Source of the DNA: Candidatus Altimarinota bacterium
Lineage (GTDB): Bacteria > Patescibacteriota > Gracilibacteria > UBA1369
Direction of reading: 5' to 3'
Length of the DNA: 64,000 bases
Assembly: GCA_963677745.1 (NCBI GenBank)
Contig: OY782391.1
Location: forward strand, 992,001 to 1,056,000
A program made the translations under genes and the position numbers. Of the stretch, positions 59,611 through 64,000 are shown piece after piece; position 1 is the stretch's first letter; the number at the start of each line of letters is the position of its first letter. Below the pieces are notes generated by a model. It did not search any database. It worked only from the letters and a program-made list of their open reading frames with translations, and was not told the origin of the DNA.

Positions 59611-60072
59611 TGATTTTTCCAATAAAGAAAAATCGAAACCAAAGATCTTTCACAAAAAGAATTAGACCTATCGCCCCCCGGGGGCGGTAACGTGAAGATT
59701 GATGAGGCGTCAAAGCGGTTGCCTTTAAAACAAAAATAAAAAGGAAAAACAACGCCCTAGAACGTTTTGGCATCTCTCAATCTTTGCTGGGCGCTGGATA
59801 CTTGTCTCCGACCGGATTAGTATCCGTTCAAAGTTACTCGGTGGGGTACTTTAGCCTTTATGGCTTCTACCTTCACTACCGGCCTTTACTGGTTGGCGGG
59901 TGGTCCGTGGCAGGACTGGAAAAAACAGCCAAAGCCTAGGCATAGATTAGGACTGGTCAATCCACAAATCTCGAAAACAAAAACAAAATTGCTAGAGTTC
60001 TCACCAATATTTTATTTTTGAGGACCCATTAGCACAAGAGATTTGGAACCCCTACTTCGGTAGGGGTTTTTT
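59611..60072 (+). ncRNA. Candidate large structured ncRNA 2 (~460 nt, unassigned family)
   Basis: Bounded by a promoter and a terminator; no ORF >=60 aa; many helices with G-U pairs consistent with the + strand. Confidence 0.65.
60047..60072 (+). terminator. Intrinsic terminator with cUUCGg loop
   Basis: AACCCCTAC-TTCG-GTAGGGGTT-TTTT; U-tract on the + strand; overlaps the stop of the convergent gene. Confidence 0.85.
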
Positions 60073-60570
60073 AATGTAGGAAGTTGACTGGGTTATATGC
60101 AGATCTGTGTTTATTACCTCCGATATCGCCTTATCCAGGTATATCTCGCCCACCGCTTCCGGATATTTCTGACCGGGGACGTCTTTGTAATAGGCGGGTC
60201 TGGTCCATTTTTTAATTTTAGCTTTAAAATCTGCAATATCCAACACGCCCCGATTGTCGCTGCACATCAGCATCACAATAATCCAGCGGCGATATTCAAA
60301 AATGATCCGTTGGGGATCATCGATCGGCAGTTTTTCATATTCCCTGGAGCGGTCCGCCAGATAATTTAGGAGGTTCATCATGTAGGAATAGGCCTCCCTG
60401 GTGGGCTCCATATACAGGACTCGCAGGGGGTTTTTGAGATCTTTGCTGGAATCGGCAACATATGTAAATAAATGGTCATTACAGATGTCTTTGGGAGGCA
60501 GGGAAGCTTTTATTACTGGAAGATCAGCCACTTTTGGGTTTTGCTCATATCCGGACACTGGCAATTTCAT
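60052..60570 (-). CDS. Hypothetical protein
   Basis: 172-aa ORF with ATG in AT-rich context; no recognisable motif. Confidence 0.65.
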   Translation of the reverse strand: MKLPVSGYEQNPKVADLPVIKASLPPKDICNDHLFTYVADSSKDLKNPLRVLYMEPTREAYSYMMNLLNYLADRSREYEKLPIDDPQRIIFEYRRWIIVMLMCSDNRGVLDIADFKAKIKKWTRPAYYKDVPGQKYPEAVGEIYLDKAISEVINTDLHITQSTSYIKKPLPK

Positions 60571-60698
60571 ACAAATAATTTAAAAATTTTGCATCAAAAG
60601 GGTAAACACGGACGGACAAGATGTCAATACTTGCCAGCAAGTCAAATTAATTGACAATTTAAAAAAGTTTGATTTGATATACGCAGCTTAAAAATCTT

Positions 60699-62549
60699 AT
60701 GCTCGACCTGCCAAAAGACAATCCCAGGGAACTGCCCAGTGCCGAATTTGCTCCGGAAATTGAGCGTGAGGCCCAAATGGCAGTTTTGAGAAGTCAGCAG
60801 ATTGATGAGCGAATTCCGGTTCAGGGGTTTACGCTTGACGCCATGGAATCCAAAGATTTGGATGATGCCATTTGGCTTGAGCGGTCCAACGGAGAATGGA
60901 GAGTGTTGGTCACTATCAGCGACGTGGACGCCCTTGTTCCAATGGGCTCTCTGCTCGATCGCGAGGCTGTTACAAGGGTAACCAGTCATTATTTTCCTGA
61001 GAGAAGCAGGGACGGTAAGGTAGAGCCAAAATATGTTATCCCAATGCTTCCCACCATTCTTTCGGAAAAGCACCTTAGCCTTCAGGAAGGGGAGTCCCGT
61101 CTAACACTGACGGTTGAAATGCTTCTGACGGGAGATTTCCGGCCGATTTCGGCAGACATAAAACGTACCCGTCTTGTTTCCGCCAAAAAGCTGGGACTGA
61201 GCGAATATGGCGATCGTAAAATTATTGGAGATCCCGGCCTGCCTCTGCGGGATTATTATCATATGGCCAAGGGGTTAAACCACAAACGCTGGTCCGACCC
61301 CGGTTGGGCCTACCAGGAATTAAAGAACGGAATCAGCACCAATGAAGACGGTATGGTGAGGGAAGGAAGCCTGTCTGCTGCCAGTCTGATCGTACAGGAA
61401 TTCATGGTCTTGACCAATCAGGCCGTGGCAGAACTACTCAACAGAGAAAATTTAGCGGCTCCCTTTCGAAATCATTTGCCTGCCAGAAACTCTCCCCCGA
61501 CCAAAGCACAGATCAGGGCGGAAATTGAAAGAAACAGCGATTATCGCAAGCTGGTTGATGATTTACGGGCAACTTATCAGAAACTTTTGGGAAGCGCTTT
61601 GTACGAAGCTGCTCCGGCCGGTCATTTCGGCCTGGGGATACCTGCCTATACGCATTTTACTTCTCCCATCCGCCGCTATGCCGACCTGGTCATTCATCGT
61701 ATTGTAAAAGCCCACTTATCCGGAGCAAAGTCTCCTTATACTCCGGAAGAAATTCAGCAGCTTTGTCTTTATCTGAATAAGCGCAACCGTGACCTGGCCA
61801 CGATCAGGGCTCATCAGGAAAGAAGACATTCATTAAAAAACTACCGCCAATTCGGGCACCTGCTGCCCAAGGAAAAAGAAGACGGGCCGGATTATATGGA
61901 AAGCTTACTGACATATTTAAGAGACAATCGCATTGGCAATGCGTTCTTTGAGTACTCCTGCAGCGAAGGGTTCCTTATTCAACTTTCCTGCAAGGCCAGT
62001 GTGCGCTTTCAACGCATCAGACACGTGGTGGAAGTCACGGCCAGAGCTGCCTTACAGGACGTGAAAAACGAGGCTGCCCGTTTGTTACTGGAGAAAATCC
62101 AGGAATTGATGGAGGCAAACCCGCCGGAACAAAAGAAAAAAGATTTGAAGTATCAAAAATCGCCGGAATCTCCCGAAACCGGACCGGGTGTGGTTGCACG
62201 CCTCTATCAATACTGCGAAGAGCATGGTTTTCCGGTTCCCAGTATTTATTATGAATCCTGGAATGGCGGTCTCTTTTATAACAAAGAAACAGGGGAATAT
62301 TCGGTTGCCCGGGAACCGGGATGTGAAAAACCTCCGGATGGAGAAGAAATGGATCAAAATCTGGTTCCCATAGTTTGTCATTGCGATATCAGCGCATCTC
62401 TGACTATGGATGGATTTGGACGAAACCGCCAGACTGCCAAGGAAGAAGCCGCCAGGAAAATGCTGGACTATTTGCAGTCGGGCCAGCCCATTCCCAGGCA
62501 GTCTATTGTTCCACCGGCTCCTCCTTCCCGGCCGAAAAAAAACGATTAA
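60699..62549 (+). CDS. RNB-domain (RNase II/R family) exoribonuclease with two C-terminal dsRBD-like domains
   Basis: TLDAMESKDLDDA, ISDV, PMLP, VQEFM.LTN, HFGL, YTHFTSPIRRYADL.IHR; C-terminal LYQYCEEHGFPVP...GFGRNRQTAKEEAARKML. Confidence 0.88.
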   Translation: MLDLPKDNPRELPSAEFAPEIEREAQMAVLRSQQIDERIPVQGFTLDAMESKDLDDAIWLERSNGEWRVLVTISDVDALVPMGSLLDREAVTRVTSHYFPERSRDGKVEPKYVIPMLPTILSEKHLSLQEGESRLTLTVEMLLTGDFRPISADIKRTRLVSAKKLGLSEYGDRKIIGDPGLPLRDYYHMAKGLNHKRWSDPGWAYQELKNGISTNEDGMVREGSLSAASLIVQEFMVLTNQAVAELLNRENLAAPFRNHLPARNSPPTKAQIRAEIERNSDYRKLVDDLRATYQKLLGSALYEAAPAGHFGLGIPAYTHFTSPIRRYADLVIHRIVKAHLSGAKSPYTPEEIQQLCLYLNKRNRDLATIRAHQERRHSLKNYRQFGHLLPKEKEDGPDYMESLLTYLRDNRIGNAFFEYSCSEGFLIQLSCKASVRFQRIRHVVEVTARAALQDVKNEAARLLLEKIQELMEANPPEQKKKDLKYQKSPESPETGPGVVARLYQYCEEHGFPVPSIYYESWNGGLFYNKETGEYSVAREPGCEKPPDGEEMDQNLVPIVCHCDISASLTMDGFGRNRQTAKEEAARKMLDYLQSGQPIPRQSIVPPAPPSRPKKND

Positions 62550-64000
62550 TTTTCCTCCAATTCCTGGCGCAGCACGGCCACCTCGGCTTTCAGTCTGGTC
62601 TGCTGGTTTTCACGCTCGATCACCAGGTCCGGGTCGGCCTTGGCTTTGAAGCCGGGAGTGAGAATTTTCTCCAATACCGAGAGTTCCTGCTGCTTTTTGG
62701 CCAGTGTCTTTTCCAGGTTGTCCCTGAAGCGGCATTTTTCTTCCAGCAGACAGGCAATCAATACTTTTCCGGCGGAGTAGGGTTTTACAATGGACTTTTC
62801 TTCGTTCAGATCCTCCAGATCGGCATTGCCAAGTTTCCTGGCCAATTCCAGAGACCCTTCACTAATCGAAAAATCCGGACAGAGTTTCAGTTTTTCGGAA
62901 TAGCCTTTTTCCAGAACTTGTCTTACTTCACGGCAGGCCGTCACCAGATCGATCATTTTCTGCATTTCTGCGCCGGCTTCCTGATACGGTTTGTCATCAA
63001 ACCCTTCCACTACCGTGAAACGATCTTCAGCCAATAGTTTTTCACCGCCCAGTTTCTCCAGATCCTCGTGAATTTCTTCGGTAAAGAAAGGCATGAATGG
63101 ATGCAACATCTGTAAAACACCGCCCAGTATCTTGAACATGGTAGCTTTAATTTCCTCGGTAAATTCGCTGGCCTGTTCCAGTTCCACCTTGGCGATTTCC
63201 AGATACCACGAACAGAAAATATCCCAGCTGAAATGATAGGCCAGTTCCAGCGATGAACTGAATTCATAGTTGTCCATGCGGCGTTGATATTCTTTCTGTA
63301 CTTCCCGCATCTGTCCCAGAATCCATTTGGAGCTGTTTAATTTAAGGTCTTTATATAACGGTACTTTAAGCTTGTAATCGCCCTCGCCCTTGATGGCTAC
63401 CAGCTTGGCGGCATTCCAGATTTTATTGAGAAACTTGGCGTAGGCATCAACTTTTTTTTCATCGAATTTGACGTCCAGACCGGCCGTCGAACCGGCTACC
63501 AGACCGGCGCGCAACGCGTCGGCGCCATATTTGATCAGCATTTCTTTTGGTTCAATGCCGTTGCCCTTGGATTTGGACATCTTTTGTCCTTTGGAGTCGC
63601 GGATCAAGCCGGTAAAATAAATATTTTTCCAGGGGATGTCATTGAGTCTGTAGGAGGTTAGAAGCAGCATGCGGCAGGCCCAGAAAAGCAGAATATCACG
63701 TCCCATCAACATGGTATGGGTGGGGAAGAATTCACTGACCGAGGGGTTTTTAAGGTCCAGAAAACCCAGAGCGGATAGGGTGGAATAAGCCCATTGACCG
63801 GAGGAAAACCAGGTGTCGAAGGTGTCGGTTTCCTGTTCCCAGCCGCTGTCATCGGGTGCCTCTTTGCCAACGTGAATTTGTTCTTTGGAAGTGTCTTTGT
63901 ATTTGTACCAGACTGGCATGCGCTGTCCCCACATGATTTGCCTGGAAATATTCCAGTCGGTCAGATTGGTCAGCCATTGAACGATCTGGTCTTTCAGTCT
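62546..64000 (-). CDS. valS: Valine--tRNA ligase (5' part outside window)
   Basis: DWNISRQIMWG, DTWFSS, GRDILLFW, KMSKSKGN, GADALR, LHPFMPFFTEE. Confidence 0.96.
   Translation of the reverse strand, partial: RLKDQIVQWLTNLTDWNISRQIMWGQRMPVWYKYKDTSKEQIHVGKEAPDDSGWEQETDTFDTWFSSGQWAYSTLSALGFLDLKNPSVSEFFPTHTMLMGRDILLFWACRMLLLTSYRLNDIPWKNIYFTGLIRDSKGQKMSKSKGNGIEPKEMLIKYGADALRAGLVAGSTAGLDVKFDEKKVDAYAKFLNKIWNAAKLVAIKGEGDYKLKVPLYKDLKLNSSKWILGQMREVQKEYQRRMDNYEFSSSLELAYHFSWDIFCSWYLEIAKVELEQASEFTEEIKATMFKILGGVLQMLHPFMPFFTEEIHEDLEKLGGEKLLAEDRFTVVEGFDDKPYQEAGAEMQKMIDLVTACREVRQVLEKGYSEKLKLCPDFSISEGSLELARKLGNADLEDLNEEKSIVKPYSAGKVLIACLLEEKCRFRDNLEKTLAKKQQELSVLEKILTPGFKAKADPDLVIERENQQTRLKAEVAVLRQELEEN

Noticed and set aside
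59671-59970. tmRNA or RNase P identity for the structured region (GGGGGCG start, TCCAC near the end)
   Set aside because: No matching acceptor stem, T-loop (GTTCRA) or CCA end, and no GAGGAAAGTCC-type P4 motif on either strand by eye.
59124-60072. Retron, DGR or defence-RT ncRNA
   Set aside because: No reverse transcriptase ORF (YxDD motif context) is recognisable in the window.
1-64000. Alternative genetic code 25 (TGA=Gly, as in Gracilibacteria)
   Set aside because: Conserved genes are uninterrupted in code 11, and rlmH, pilC and cca end at TGA at the expected C-terminus.

Overview
Bacterial chromosome window read in standard code 11. Gene content suggests a Patescibacteria/CPR organism, probably Peregrinibacteria-like (inference from a giant surface protein, type IV pilus genes, SLH proteins, tandem ThyX and many orphan ORFs). 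Positions 1-10285 are one giant minus-strand ORF (>3,400 aa) that the ORF track omits because it runs off the left edge. It carries Ca-binding DxDxDG repeats, SLH repeats and FG-GAP/VCBS-like repeats. Next come a major pilin, two paralogous fibre/adhesin-like proteins flanking an SLH protein, and a pilN-pilO-pilB-pilC operon. Housekeeping genes follow (rplJL with an L10 leader, miaA, recJ, nrnA, yebC, hisS, tsaD, cca, rlmD, yajQ, rlmH, thyX, partial valS), interspersed with orphan ORFs. The most striking unexplained feature is a ~1 kb region (59.1-60.07 kb) without a credible gene. It appears to hold one or two large, highly base-paired + strand RNAs with sigma70-like promoters, A-rich AAAAC loops and a cUUCGg terminator. 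It lies one ORF away from an RNB exoribonuclease that has two dsRBD-like domains in place of CSD/S1. Other oddities are a DHFR with substituted folate-binding residues overlapping thyX, a myxobacterial-style Cys-rich gene, and orphan proteins with peptidase-like motifs. All RNA pairings were read by eye; no folding or database search was run.
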